Virus record (IMG/VR): IMGVR_UViG_3300045996_002337 | Location: 124,001 to 188,000 of that record | Strand: one strand, 5' to 3' | DNA length: 64,000 nucleotides | In this document: piece after piece, positions 17,006-25,740 of the stretch | Numbering within the stretch: the first letter of the stretch is position 1 | How the letters are laid out: every line of letters begins with the position of its first letter | Program-made: the position numbers and the translations under genes | Notes under the pieces: model-generated | Told to the model about the DNA's origin: nothing | The model's database searches: none | Seen by the model: the letters and a program-made list of their open reading frames with translations, nothing else

Positions 17006-17564
17006 TGGTGTATTGTATCAACTCTGACGGTAGAAGTCCACGCGTATGCAGGTCAAGTAGCACCCATGTGACAAGCTTGTGGGTTGAATGAAAGTGGTGC
17101 GTGTCGTTGCCCGTGTCGCGGTTGCCCGCCACATTTAATACATGAATGCGATTTTTGATTATCCAATGAACCACCGGTTTAACCTGCTCATTAAGCCATT
17201 CGTTAGTGTAGTCGCGATCTACTTGGATTCTGAGGAGGGGCTTCTTCGTCTTTTCTGCAAAATTTGCGGTGAGGGTGCACCCAGGTGATGCCAGATTTGA
17301 GGCGATGATAAGTGTACCATCCGACCGCTCTACGTTAACACGCGTACGCGGGGCATAGCTAAATGACGCGTGTTCAGCCAAACCAAAGACATCACGCAGC
17401 CTGAGATTTGGCCCCGTTTGTGTACGATACCCGAGCGGTGCGGTACCGCCAGTTGCAACTCCCATTTCGCGAGCTGCGTGGAGACCGCCTTGGTCTGCAC
17501 CAACCTGACCACCAGAAATCACCTTGAAGAGGCCAACAAAATCAGGTTCGTGAAATGTCAACAT
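16998..17564 (-). CDS. SLOG/putative molybdenum-carrier family nucleotide-binding protein
   Basis: VISGGQVGADQGGL...RTRVNVERSDGTL...LNVAGNR. Confidence 0.8.
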   Translation of the reverse strand: MLTFHEPDFVGLFKVISGGQVGADQGGLHAAREMGVATGGTAPLGYRTQTGPNLRLRDVFGLAEHASFSYAPRTRVNVERSDGTLIIASNLASPGCTLTANFAEKTKKPLLRIQVDRDYTNEWLNEQVKPVVHWIIKNRIHVLNVAGNRDTGNDTHHFHSTHKLVTWVLLDLHTRGLLPSELIQYTNE

Positions 17565-17865
17565 CGCCAGCCCATTGATCAGCTTCTTCCTCGAAGCCGT
17601 GTTTTTCTAAAAGATACTCGTAATCAACAAGCGCGTCATCACTGTGATAATCCACCAACAACCCAAGCAGATCGTTCTGAAGTGCCATGCGTGAGTTCAA
17701 CTCTCGCCATCTGGAATTGTTAGATCGTACATGCATGATCCATATCATTGGGATCAAGAAGAAGGCATCATGGAGGTGGGCTCCGAAGATCGCCCAAAGC
17801 ATGAGTCCGAAGCTCGCCCCAAGCAGGAGATTGATCAACCTAAATGACCAAGCATCTGCTCGCAT
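17542..17865 (-). CDS. Membrane protein
   Basis: Two hydrophobic segments at the N-terminus. Confidence 0.55.
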   Translation of the reverse strand: MRADAWSFRLINLLLGASFGLMLWAIFGAHLHDAFFLIPMIWIMHVRSNNSRWRELNSRMALQNDLLGLLVDYHSDDALVDYEYLLEKHGFEEEADQWAGDVDISRT

Positions 17866-18719
17866 TAGAGCCCCTCAACGGTCTTATAGAGGTCGATGAT
17901 TTTCTGCCGCTCGATATCTTCTGGTCTGTTGAAGATTGGATTGAGCTTGATAAACATGTCCATTCGATTGTTCGAGGGCCGGTTAAACTCCTGCAGCCAA
18001 CCGTAGTAACCTTTGCTTGCCACCTTCAATCGATGAAGTGGATTAAAACCTGCCGGCACCCGCACCACCAGTTTTTCTCCAAGGAAGTCCTCGACTTTCA
18101 CCCAGGTCCCAGTGATCAGGTCAATTGCATCCACATCCATCGCGATTTCGACATCACCAACCTGAAGCCCGGCGCTGAAGAGGTTGTTTTGATTATCCAA
18201 CCCTCTAACCTTATGGAAAGACGATTGAATGGTCACGTGAACGGTAACGGGTCTGCCGTCACTAGCGACATACTTTCCTACATACCCACTTGGGGTGCCA
18301 CGTGGAATGTCGACAGTGGTGTTCGTGCCATCAGCCCTTTGAAATTCTGCACGAAACCCACGATAGGCAGTTCGCAGATCGACATTGACTTCATGTGCGG
18401 CAAAATCAAAATTGCTGTTTTGGCCATTCGGGGCTGACCTGTTCGCCTGACGAAATTCATCAGCCCAGTGGCCTGCATATTTGAATGTGCTTGAAGAGCC
18501 AGGCGAAGATGGACGTGAAACCGGCTCGCGGTAGCCGCCGTCAATCTTTTCCCAGGCGGCCTTGATTTCCTTGAACTTTGCTTCGTTGCCGGTCTCACGG
18601 TCCGGGTGATATCGCTGGGCGAGCTTACGGTAAGCATCTTTGGCTACCTGCACGTCACAGTTGGTGGAAACGCCGAGAACGGTAAATGGATTCATACTTT
18701 TTGGGTGGGTGTTAAACAC
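17865..18719 (-). CDS. dnaJ: J-domain co-chaperone (DnaJ/CbpA-like, no Zn finger)
   Basis: AYRKLAQRYHPDR...KFKEIKAAW; DnaJ C-terminal-like region. Confidence 0.85.
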   Translation of the reverse strand: MFNTHPKSMNPFTVLGVSTNCDVQVAKDAYRKLAQRYHPDRETGNEAKFKEIKAAWEKIDGGYREPVSRPSSPGSSSTFKYAGHWADEFRQANRSAPNGQNSNFDFAAHEVNVDLRTAYRGFRAEFQRADGTNTTVDIPRGTPSGYVGKYVASDGRPVTVHVTIQSSFHKVRGLDNQNNLFSAGLQVGDVEIAMDVDAIDLITGTWVKVEDFLGEKLVVRVPAGFNPLHRLKVASKGYYGWLQEFNRPSNNRMDMFIKLNPIFNRPEDIERQKIIDLYKTVEGL

Positions 18720-19089
18720 CGCCCTTGATGATTGGACGGTCCTTCTCTTCTTTGGAATCTACGTTGGAATCTACGTAGCGGACGAATTCGAAGTCATACC
18801 ATGACCAATCCACGTTCCATGCACGCTCGATGTTGCACAGTTCGTAGATGGCAATCTTACCGCTTTGCATCTCAACAGGAACCTGTATACCGAGCGTATT
18901 TGGGCAACCAAGTTCGTGCCACATAACCGCAATGCTAGATGTACGGAAGTGCTTTTTTGGTCCTTCTGCGGTGTTGTTAGGCGGAGAATACTCTTTAGGT
19001 TTAACAATCTGCTTAGCAAAATGCAAACTGACAACCAACGCAACAAGGACTACCGTCAGCAGAAGAAGGAGAAAAAAGGTGACCATCAT
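18712..19089 (-). CDS. Membrane-anchored hypothetical protein
   Basis: N-terminal TM helix. Confidence 0.55.
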   Translation of the reverse strand: MMVTFFLLLLLTVVLVALVVSLHFAKQIVKPKEYSPPNNTAEGPKKHFRTSSIAVMWHELGCPNTLGIQVPVEMQSGKIAIYELCNIERAWNVDWSWYDFEFVRYVDSNVDSKEEKDRPIIKGGV

Positions 19090-19343
19090 TTTGCAGTCAG
19101 CGTCGTGCCACAGATGATACAGAAGCGAGCGTCATAGGGATAGCCTTTGTGGTCTTGGAAAACCTCGTGCTTACAGTTGCGTCTTGCAAGCTCGCGCATA
19201 ATTTCAAGTCGCTGCAGCACGTCACGAGTATCATGAATTTCCTGACCCAGCGTTTTAAGCCTTGCCTTTAGAACTTCTTGCTCTTCCGTCAACCTACGAA
19301 CCGGTCGTGGGTTTTCTTCATCCGTATAGCCAATTATGGTCAT
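19086..19343 (-). CDS. Small coiled-coil protein with CxH...CxxC Zn-binding end
   Basis: CKH...CIICG. Confidence 0.55.
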   Translation of the reverse strand: MTIIGYTDEENPRPVRRLTEEQEVLKARLKTLGQEIHDTRDVLQRLEIMRELARRNCKHEVFQDHKGYPYDARFCIICGTTLTAK

Positions 19344-19402
19344 CTTGTTCTCCGTATGTAGACGGGGCGGACTTGAACGTCTCTTCTCCCTGAAGGTATT
19401 TA

Positions 19403-19433
19403 CACTAGAAGCGGTTCAAGCCCGCTTCTAGTG
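19403..19433. terminator. 12-bp hairpin downstream of gp52
   Basis: cactagaagcgg/ccgcttctagtg. Confidence 0.6.
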
Positions 19434-19445
19434 ACCACTTGAAGA

Positions 19446-20846
19446 TTACTCTTCAGCGTCAAGTACGTTTTCTTCGTACTTGAATGCCTTCAATTCCCGC
19501 TTGTACATATCGTTCGCGGTATCGGACTCGAGCGTAGCGTAGTAAGTCTTCGATTCACCAAGCTTTTTCTCCAGCTCGGCGATCTTGTCCTTCGTCAGGT
19601 TCCAGATCGGCATGCCCAAGAGTTTGTCATAGTCAGCGAACTTTTCGCTCAGCAAAAGCGCAATCAGTTCCTTCTTCGACGTATCACGGAAGAGCTTGAC
19701 GTTTGCGAGATAGAAACGAATGAATCGAATCTGTTCGCTCATCCAGCGAATTGCTTCCGCCGTATCGCTCATGAGCTTTTGGCGACGCTTCTCATAGAAG
19801 CTGAGCCGCCAAACAGTGTACATCGTAATGATGTCTTCCGCGGACTCGAACCGTTGGAGCACGCCTTCAGCGTTCCAGAGGGTGAAGTTTTCGGACTCGC
19901 GGGCGACAAGCTTGAACTTTTGATACAACTGATCTTCAGACATCGCGGTCGTAGAACGCGGAACCGTCACCTTGAAGCAGAAGCTTTGCTCAGTCGACGA
20001 GTCTTCATAGTCCTTGATAACTTCTTCTTCCTCAAGACGGTTGAGGATTGCCTTGTAGTCATCAAGGAAGCGACCAACCGGCAGCTCGGTGATCATGATT
20101 GTGGTGGAGTTCACAACCTCAAGCTTGCCGGTCGTGACGATCTGTCCATTTTCATTACGAGAGACCGAGCCTTTGAAGCCGCCGAGGGCCCGGAACCAAG
20201 GGACGAGGGTGCCAGGAACCAGCTTCTTACCATCCAGAACCTTGAGTGTGGCATCACGAACATGCATCGGATGATAAGGCTTGATCTCGACGCTGTGGCC
20301 AGTACCGATGCCTGTGGCGCCGTTAATCAAGGCGAGCGGGAGAATCGGGAGGTAGAATTTTGGCTCGATCTTTTCGCCGTCAACGATGTGGTGCTCGAGA
20401 ATGATGTCATCCTCTTTCTTGCACAGCATGCGGAAGTTCTCAGAGAGCTTCGTCTTGATGTAGCGACCAGCACCAGGATCACGCGTAAGGCGCGAACCGA
20501 ATTGGCCCTTCGGGCTGAAGAGGTTCATGTTGTTCGAGCCAGCGTACTTCACTGCAGCGAGGCCGGCAAGAGTCGACTCCATCGAGCCAGTGCCGTGGTG
20601 GTAGTCGGTGAGTTCCGCGATCGAGGCTGCAAGTCGCGCAACGACGTGAAAGTTGGCGTTCTCACCCTTCAGGTACGTGCCGTAGATGGCCTTACGCTGC
20701 GATGGTTTGAGACCGTCAATTCCAGGAATCGAACGAACGTTGTCGTAAAGCGAGAACGTTTTGAACGCAGAGTTGAAGAAGTTGCGTGCGCTGATCGATT
20801 GCGTCGTCGTGGAGCCGTGCTTTGAAACGATGTTGATTTTCTTCAT
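19446..20846 (-). CDS. 52: DNA topoisomerase II medium subunit (T4 gp52/GyrA-ParC-like)
   Basis: RSIPGIDGLKPSQRK, YHHG, GQFGSR, GAGRYI (catalytic Tyr), NGATGIGTG; start reassigned to MKKINI. Confidence 0.95.
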   Translation of the reverse strand: MKKINIVSKHGSTTTQSISARNFFNSAFKTFSLYDNVRSIPGIDGLKPSQRKAIYGTYLKGENANFHVVARLAASIAELTDYHHGTGSMESTLAGLAAVKYAGSNNMNLFSPKGQFGSRLTRDPGAGRYIKTKLSENFRMLCKKEDDIILEHHIVDGEKIEPKFYLPILPLALINGATGIGTGHSVEIKPYHPMHVRDATLKVLDGKKLVPGTLVPWFRALGGFKGSVSRNENGQIVTTGKLEVVNSTTIMITELPVGRFLDDYKAILNRLEEEEVIKDYEDSSTEQSFCFKVTVPRSTTAMSEDQLYQKFKLVARESENFTLWNAEGVLQRFESAEDIITMYTVWRLSFYEKRRQKLMSDTAEAIRWMSEQIRFIRFYLANVKLFRDTSKKELIALLLSEKFADYDKLLGMPIWNLTKDKIAELEKKLGESKTYYATLESDTANDMYKRELKAFKYEENVLDAEE

Positions 20847-20871
20847 AGGTCTATTATACACCAGTTTTCAG

Positions 20872-21111
20872 TTATCGTGTTGCGTTAAGGGGACGCCACG
20901 GGCTTTTACCAAGCCGAAGACGATTGTAGCGGACTGTGGCTCGCATCCAAAATAGCGCCCGCCCGTTCATTTCTTCAGTCGGCTCGTTACCAGTGAGAAT
21001 AGAATAGTTTATCCCGTCTGATACCGCCGCCATCATGATGTCATGCGCGAGCAAGGCGCACTTCTTTGCCAGCTTGCGCCGTTCCCAACCACGAATAAGT
21101 TTAGTGATCAT
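20872..21111 (-). CDS. Hypothetical protein between the topoisomerase subunits
   Basis: ATGA overlap with the gp39 stop gives MITKLIRGW... Confidence 0.55.
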   Translation of the reverse strand: MITKLIRGWERRKLAKKCALLAHDIMMAAVSDGINYSILTGNEPTEEMNGRALFWMRATVRYNRLRLGKSPWRPLNATR

Positions 21112-23072
21112 TCTGCGCTCTTCACGATGAATTCTTCGAAGTCGGCTGCGGGAGTTTCCAGCCATGCCTTGCGATCGTCAGCACGTTGACCATTGAACGC
21201 GAGGTCAATTGCGTCCTTGTCATCTTCATCTTCCATCGTGACCTTGAAGAGATATGTGTCCAGATTTTGAAGGAACTTGGCGAACTCCTTCGTCTCCCAC
21301 TGCGAGAGGCCTTTGTAGTACTCATGCGCCCAACCGCGGAGCTTGACGCCTTCGGACTCTTCCCAATCGTGGAAGTCGCGTTCAGTGAAGAACTCAAGAT
21401 TCGGCTTGCCCTTCATTCGAACAACCACCACGGGGGTGCGAAGGATGTGGATGAAACCCATCTTGAACAGCTCAGGCCAGAACGTGTCGATCATGTTCAT
21501 CAGCAGACCACAGATGTGGAAGCCGTCTACGTCGGCGTCAGATGCAATCGCGAGCTTGCCGAAGCGCAGCTCAGCGAGTGACTTCACAGGCACACCAATT
21601 TGGAGGCCGATGATCGTGAGAATCTTTTGGATCTCGTTCGGTTCGACCTTCTTGCCTGCTTGTTCTTTTTCCTTCTTCTTGTCGAGACCCAACACACGGG
21701 TGATTTCCTTTTCACGCACGTTCAGCGGCTTACCCTTGAGAGGGAAAGAGGCGATGTATGGGTTGGAACCACGGCCACCTTGTACGGACTTGGCAGCAGA
21801 ATCACCCTCAGCCAGGAAGAGTACGCACTTGTGACGTTGCGTCCGTTCCATCGCGTCAGAAAACTTGTCCACCTTACGAGGATCAGATTTCGTTTGCTCC
21901 TTGCCGGCCTTACGCAGTTCCTTTTGGAGTTCGGCGTTGGCTTTCGCTTCGGCCCAATCAAGGATGGACTGAATGATCTCGGTCTTGAGCAGCTTCTGAA
22001 TGAACTTGTCAGAGACAGTCCAGGACGTCTTCCACTCGCTCGGCAGAGAAATCATGTTCTCCTTCGTCTGCGAGGAAAAACGCGGGCGGTTCACGTTTGC
22101 GCTGATATAGATGCGCATGTGACCGCGGATGTCACCTGGTGAAACGTCGACCTTGTGCTTTTTCTTGATGATCGTGCGGAGTTCATCGACGATCTGGTTG
22201 ATCGCGTACTTGACGTGCTCGCCACCTTGGTACGTTTCGACAGAGTTCACGAAGCTGATCTGCTCGAACCCATCGGACTTGGAGATGCCGACCTTCCAGT
22301 CGGGGGTCTCGTCGTAGACATATTCGTCGGCGTACATCGCGATGTAGTCATCGAAGTTGCGGGTCATGATCCGCTCGCCGTTCACGTAGAACTTGACCTT
22401 CGGGTTCGTGGCGGCCGCGTCCACGACCTTCTTGATCATACGCAGCTTGTGATCTTCGTCGAGACCCTTCAGCTTGAAGAACTCGTAGTCGGGGGTGAAG
22501 GTGATCTTCGTGTGGTTCTTGTCGTGATCACGAATCTTCGGTTCGCTGCGTTCGCGCATGCCGTTGAAGAACTCTTGGCGGAAGAGCTTCTTGCCATCAC
22601 ATGACTCGATCTTGAAGGACGTCGAGAGCACGTTCGTGAGCGTGGAACCGACGCCGTTGGTGCCGATAAGCTGCTGATCTTCTTCGTCGTTGAAGTTGGA
22701 GCCGGCGCGGAGGTTCGAGAACACCGTTTCTGCGATGTACTTGCCGGTCTGCGGGTGGAGCTGAACGGGGATGCCGCGGCCGTTGTCGGTCACCGAGATG
22801 GTGCCATCGTCGTTGATTTCAACGCGAATGGCGTCGAGAACATCTGGTGCACGACGGCTTTCGTCGATCGCGTTGTCGAGAATTTCAGAGAAGATCTTGA
22901 TGAAGGCAGGGATCACGCTGATCTGCTTGCGAACCATCTTCTTGGTTTCGGTGTCGTAGACCCACTGATCTGCGGTCTCAAGCGCGGTCGAACCCGCGTA
23001 CATGCCAGTACGTTTGCGGATGTGTTCGATTTCGTCGAGAACTTGGTAGGTTTGAGCGATGTGTTTTGTCAT
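21108..23072 (-). CDS. 39: DNA topoisomerase II large subunit (gp39+60 unsplit; GyrB/ParE-like)
   Basis: EHIRKRTGMYAG, EILDNAIDE, DNGRGIP, GTNGVGS, LAEGDSA, DADVDG, YYKGL. Confidence 0.96.
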   Translation of the reverse strand: MTKHIAQTYQVLDEIEHIRKRTGMYAGSTALETADQWVYDTETKKMVRKQISVIPAFIKIFSEILDNAIDESRRAPDVLDAIRVEINDDGTISVTDNGRGIPVQLHPQTGKYIAETVFSNLRAGSNFNDEEDQQLIGTNGVGSTLTNVLSTSFKIESCDGKKLFRQEFFNGMRERSEPKIRDHDKNHTKITFTPDYEFFKLKGLDEDHKLRMIKKVVDAAATNPKVKFYVNGERIMTRNFDDYIAMYADEYVYDETPDWKVGISKSDGFEQISFVNSVETYQGGEHVKYAINQIVDELRTIIKKKHKVDVSPGDIRGHMRIYISANVNRPRFSSQTKENMISLPSEWKTSWTVSDKFIQKLLKTEIIQSILDWAEAKANAELQKELRKAGKEQTKSDPRKVDKFSDAMERTQRHKCVLFLAEGDSAAKSVQGGRGSNPYIASFPLKGKPLNVREKEITRVLGLDKKKEKEQAGKKVEPNEIQKILTIIGLQIGVPVKSLAELRFGKLAIASDADVDGFHICGLLMNMIDTFWPELFKMGFIHILRTPVVVVRMKGKPNLEFFTERDFHDWEESEGVKLRGWAHEYYKGLSQWETKEFAKFLQNLDTYLFKVTMEDEDDKDAIDLAFNGQRADDRKAWLETPAADFEEFIVKSAE

Positions 23073-23078
23073 GTGTTA

Positions 23079-23107
23079 ATTATACAACGTTTCAACCTGT
23101 GCGTACA
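23079..23107 (-). promoter_or_regulatory. Promoter TGTACG-N17-TATAAT (leaderless geometry)
   Basis: Seen directly. Confidence 0.7.
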
Positions 23108-23121
23108 ATGAGATTTTTAGG

Positions 23122-23328
23122 TCACTGGCAGATGAGAACAATCTCAGGATTCACCTCATGAAACGTGATGAGCTGCCCGCAGAGAGATTCACCCGCGTAT
23201 TCATACAGCTTGCCAGCACGCACCACAAAGTTGTAGTCGAGGACAGGGCTGCCTGGTGTCACCGTGATCTTCGCCACAACTTCACCTGACCAATTGTAGA
23301 GCTCGATCATTTTGATTCTCATAGTCAT
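23122..23328 (-). CDS. Small hypothetical protein
   Basis: ATGA-coupled start MTMRIKMIELYNW. Confidence 0.5.
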   Translation of the reverse strand: MTMRIKMIELYNWSGEVVAKITVTPGSPVLDYNFVVRAGKLYEYAGESLCGQLITFHEVNPEIVLICQ

Positions 23329-23519
23329 TCCTGATTGTAAAAGCATTCGGCCCGCGCCAACCAACCTGCCCATGCCATATAGGTGTCATCAGCGATGAAT
23401 GCAGGCATGTCAGAATGATCCGTAGTCCTTTCATCAGTGGTCGTGTCGAACTCATTCTTTTTAGCCCAAATGATGAACTTAATACGTTCACCAAAGATTT
23501 GTGCTTTTTCCATGATCAT
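23325..23519 (-). CDS. Small hypothetical protein
   Basis: 64 aa coupled ORF. Confidence 0.5.
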   Translation of the reverse strand: MIMEKAQIFGERIKFIIWAKKNEFDTTTDERTTDHSDMPAFIADDTYMAWAGWLARAECFYNQE

Positions 23520-23803
23520 TCCTTAATAGCTTTGAGTGCATTCATAGCCTGAATCACTTCAGCTTCTTGCATAGGATCCCAGTTACCTGCATCGCCTGAC
23601 TGAATCAGACTGATGTAATGCTGGGTCATGTCATCCAATGCTTTGGTAAGCATTTCAATCTTGGTATCTGCCTTCAATGCCAATTCAGCAGCAGCATGGC
23701 GAGCTTCTTTGTGACCGGTCTTGTAGCAAATACGTTCTTGAAAGCTGTTGTAATGATTGATATCACCGCAACTCAGATTCATGATTTGATCGTGGTAAGA
23801 CAT
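23516..23803 (-). CDS. Hypothetical protein
   Basis: MSYHDQIMNL with AAGGA RBS; promoter at 23842-23870. Confidence 0.55.
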   Translation of the reverse strand: MSYHDQIMNLSCGDINHYNSFQERICYKTGHKEARHAAAELALKADTKIEMLTKALDDMTQHYISLIQSGDAGNWDPMQEAEVIQAMNALKAIKE

Positions 23804-23841
23804 GGTTATTCCTTTGTGGCAGTTGCCGTGTTGATAGATGC

Positions 23842-23870
23842 ATTGTACACCGCTCTCACTAAGAAGTACA
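23842..23870 (-). promoter_or_regulatory. Promoter TGTACT-N17-TACAAT
   Basis: Seen directly. Confidence 0.6.
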
Positions 23871-23877
23871 CATAAAA

Positions 23878-23898
23878 AAGCCCTCACGAGGAGGGCTT
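23878..23898 (-). terminator. Intrinsic terminator
   Basis: aagccctc/gagggctt stem followed by a T-run on the minus strand. Confidence 0.65.
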
Positions 23899-23919
23899 GA
23901 AATATAAGCGTTGAATTTC

Positions 23920-24213
23920 TTAGAAGCGTTGGCGATCGCAGTAGCGGCGTGAGTTCACACGTCGGCAGTCGTCATAACGGCGACGTGCATCTTCATAGCG
24001 GCGATCCTCGCGGTTACGGTCGACTTCAGAGCCGATCAGACCACCGATGACTGCACCAGCGGCTGTTGCACCAACTGAGCCACCGCCGATCACGTTACCT
24101 GCTACACCACCAATGGCTGCGCCAGAGAAGATGCGTTGGTCGCGGTCGGACATACCAGCACAGCCGGTGAGGGTTGCAACTGCGAGAGCTGCTGAAACAA
24201 TTAGGGCGCGCAT
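23920..24213 (-). CDS. Glycine-zipper outer-membrane lipoprotein
   Basis: LTGC lipobox; GAAIGGVAGNVIGG..GAVIGGLIG. Confidence 0.8.
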   Translation of the reverse strand: MRALIVSAALAVATLTGCAGMSDRDQRIFSGAAIGGVAGNVIGGGSVGATAAGAVIGGLIGSEVDRNREDRRYEDARRRYDDCRRVNSRRYCDRQRF

Positions 24214-24223
24214 ACGTTACTCC

Positions 24224-24565
24224 TTACTTTTGGTCAAGCTGGCCAGTTGAGCCATCGCTGTTTGGGCGAGTGGTAGACTGGTCACCCGATGTAGTGGCAT
24301 CCTTACCAGCCTGTGGAATTTCGGCGGCGCCGTCTTTCACGGCGTCAGCGCCACGTTCAACGCCTTGCTTAATGTCCGTTGAGACAGACGCGGGCGTATC
24401 TTCCTGACCGTTGAAATAAAACCAACCGCCGATGGCGAGCGCGATAGCAACGATAATTGCAACCACGCCGACGCCAGCACCAGCTGAACCAGAACCTTCA
24501 GTTACGACCGTTGTTTCACGAACTACACGGTCTCCATTTTCATCATAATCGTACTTTTTAACCAT
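24224..24565 (-). CDS. Single-pass membrane protein (paralog A)
   Basis: YDYDENGDRVVRET plus TM helix and low-complexity tail. Confidence 0.65.
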   Translation of the reverse strand: MVKKYDYDENGDRVVRETTVVTEGSGSAGAGVGVVAIIVAIALAIGGWFYFNGQEDTPASVSTDIKQGVERGADAVKDGAAEIPQAGKDATTSGDQSTTRPNSDGSTGQLDQK

Positions 24566-24577
24566 GGATTACTCCTC

Positions 24578-24955
24578 CTAGTTTACTGAACTTGCCGCAG
24601 GTTCCAACGGGGGAACGGGTGGTGTAGTCGCTGCCTTTGCGGCTTCTGCAGCTTCTTTTGCCGAACGTGCGGCGTCTTCTGCCGCCCTTCGTGCCTCTTC
24701 CACTCCGGGATCAGGCGTGACAATTACCGGCGGAGGTGTCTCAACCGGTGTTGGTACGATGATTTGTGGAAGTGGATCTGGTGGGGCAAGTTGCGTTTGA
24801 GGTTCTTGCTTTACTAGAAACAAGAAGCCGATTAACGCAAAAACTGCGACGATTAGAATCGCCACGATTGCGCCCGTGTTATCTGATTTTGAAGACGTGC
24901 TAGTGCGCGTTTCACGCACTACTACACGGTCGTCGTCATCGTAGTGCATAGTCAT
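24578..24955 (-). CDS. Single-pass membrane protein with Pro-rich tail (paralog B)
   Basis: HYDDDDRVVVRET plus TM helix. Confidence 0.65.
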   Translation of the reverse strand: MTMHYDDDDRVVVRETRTSTSSKSDNTGAIVAILIVAVFALIGFLFLVKQEPQTQLAPPDPLPQIIVPTPVETPPPVIVTPDPGVEEARRAAEDAARSAKEAAEAAKAATTPPVPPLEPAASSVN

Positions 24956-25015
24956 CTCCTAAGTAGCTGCACATCTGCAGCGGCGTCAAATAAATTGACT
25001 ACCTAAGATATGTAT

Positions 25016-25044
25016 AGCGATCTGCCTCTTTTAGGCAGATCGCT
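25016..25044. terminator. Perfect 12-bp hairpin next to a late-like promoter (TATACATA)
   Basis: agcgatctgcct/aggcagatcgct. Confidence 0.55.
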
Positions 25045-25064
25045 TGCGCTGAAATAAGTAAATT

Positions 25065-25238
25065 TTACTTACGTACGCAGGTGAGGAGGATCACTGAACC
25101 TCCGCCCAAATTCTCCCGAATTTGAGTTTTTGCTGCTTCGCACGTTTCTTTTGAGTTGTGCTCATGTTCAAAAGCGACAGGCCTTGCGGACCCACCTGGC
25201 GCACTAACCAGGATTACCGCGTAGAGGATGAAGATCAT
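25065..25238 (-). CDS. Small exported protein (57 aa)
   Basis: Manual translation MIFILYAVILVSAPGG...SKETCEAAK...LTCVRK; ATGA-coupled. Confidence 0.6.
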   Translation of the reverse strand: MIFILYAVILVSAPGGSARPVAFEHEHNSKETCEAAKTQIRENLGGGSVILLTCVRK

Positions 25239-25738
25239 ACGAGGCGGTATCCTTTGATGATGTTGATAAAGTTGAATTCTGGGCTGTCAGCATCATACCT
25301 GATTGCGCCAACCACCTCACCAAGGCTGTCCTTCTGATAGTGAGTGTATGACTCACGGTCGGCCCCACCGCCCACGCCACCATAACCGGGGGTGCGGTCG
25401 TATTCAACATCGAAGTACTGCTTAGGCACAACAACACCGACTGCAGTTGCCGCACCACCCAAGCTAACTTCATCTTCATAAAAGATCGAGAGCGGGAGTC
25501 CGAAGAGCACGGCGAAGGGCACGAGGCGTTCATGAAGACTGATCACCCCACCAGAGTTCAGCGCGTTGAGGATGATGATCGTCTTGTTCTTTTCTGCCCA
25601 ATCTGCGTACTTCTGCCGGGCCGGTCCAGCTTGACGCGTGGCGTACAGCTCGCTCACGATGTGGGCCGTCTGCAGACCGCATTGAAGAGGACTCAGGTAA
25701 AGACCTGCGACGAAAGAGTAGAGGCGAAGATCATCCAT
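25235..25738 (-). CDS. Peptidyl-tRNA hydrolase 2-like protein
   Basis: LSPLQCGLQTAH...W..NKTIIIL...FYED...ATAVGV resembles the PTH2 fold. Confidence 0.55.
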   Translation of the reverse strand: MDDLRLYSFVAGLYLSPLQCGLQTAHIVSELYATRQAGPARQKYADWAEKNKTIIILNALNSGGVISLHERLVPFAVLFGLPLSIFYEDEVSLGGAATAVGVVVPKQYFDVEYDRTPGYGGVGGGADRESYTHYQKDSLGEVVGAIRYDADSPEFNFINIIKGYRLV

Positions 25739-25740
25739 GT

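Noticed and set aside
19446-23072. Intron or intein in the topoisomerase genes
   Set aside because: Both are contiguous and normal in length; gp39 and gp60 are unsplit
24956-25235. Apparently structured intergenic RNA
   Set aside because: Mostly explained by an unlisted 57-aa ORF (25065-25238), a terminator and a promoter
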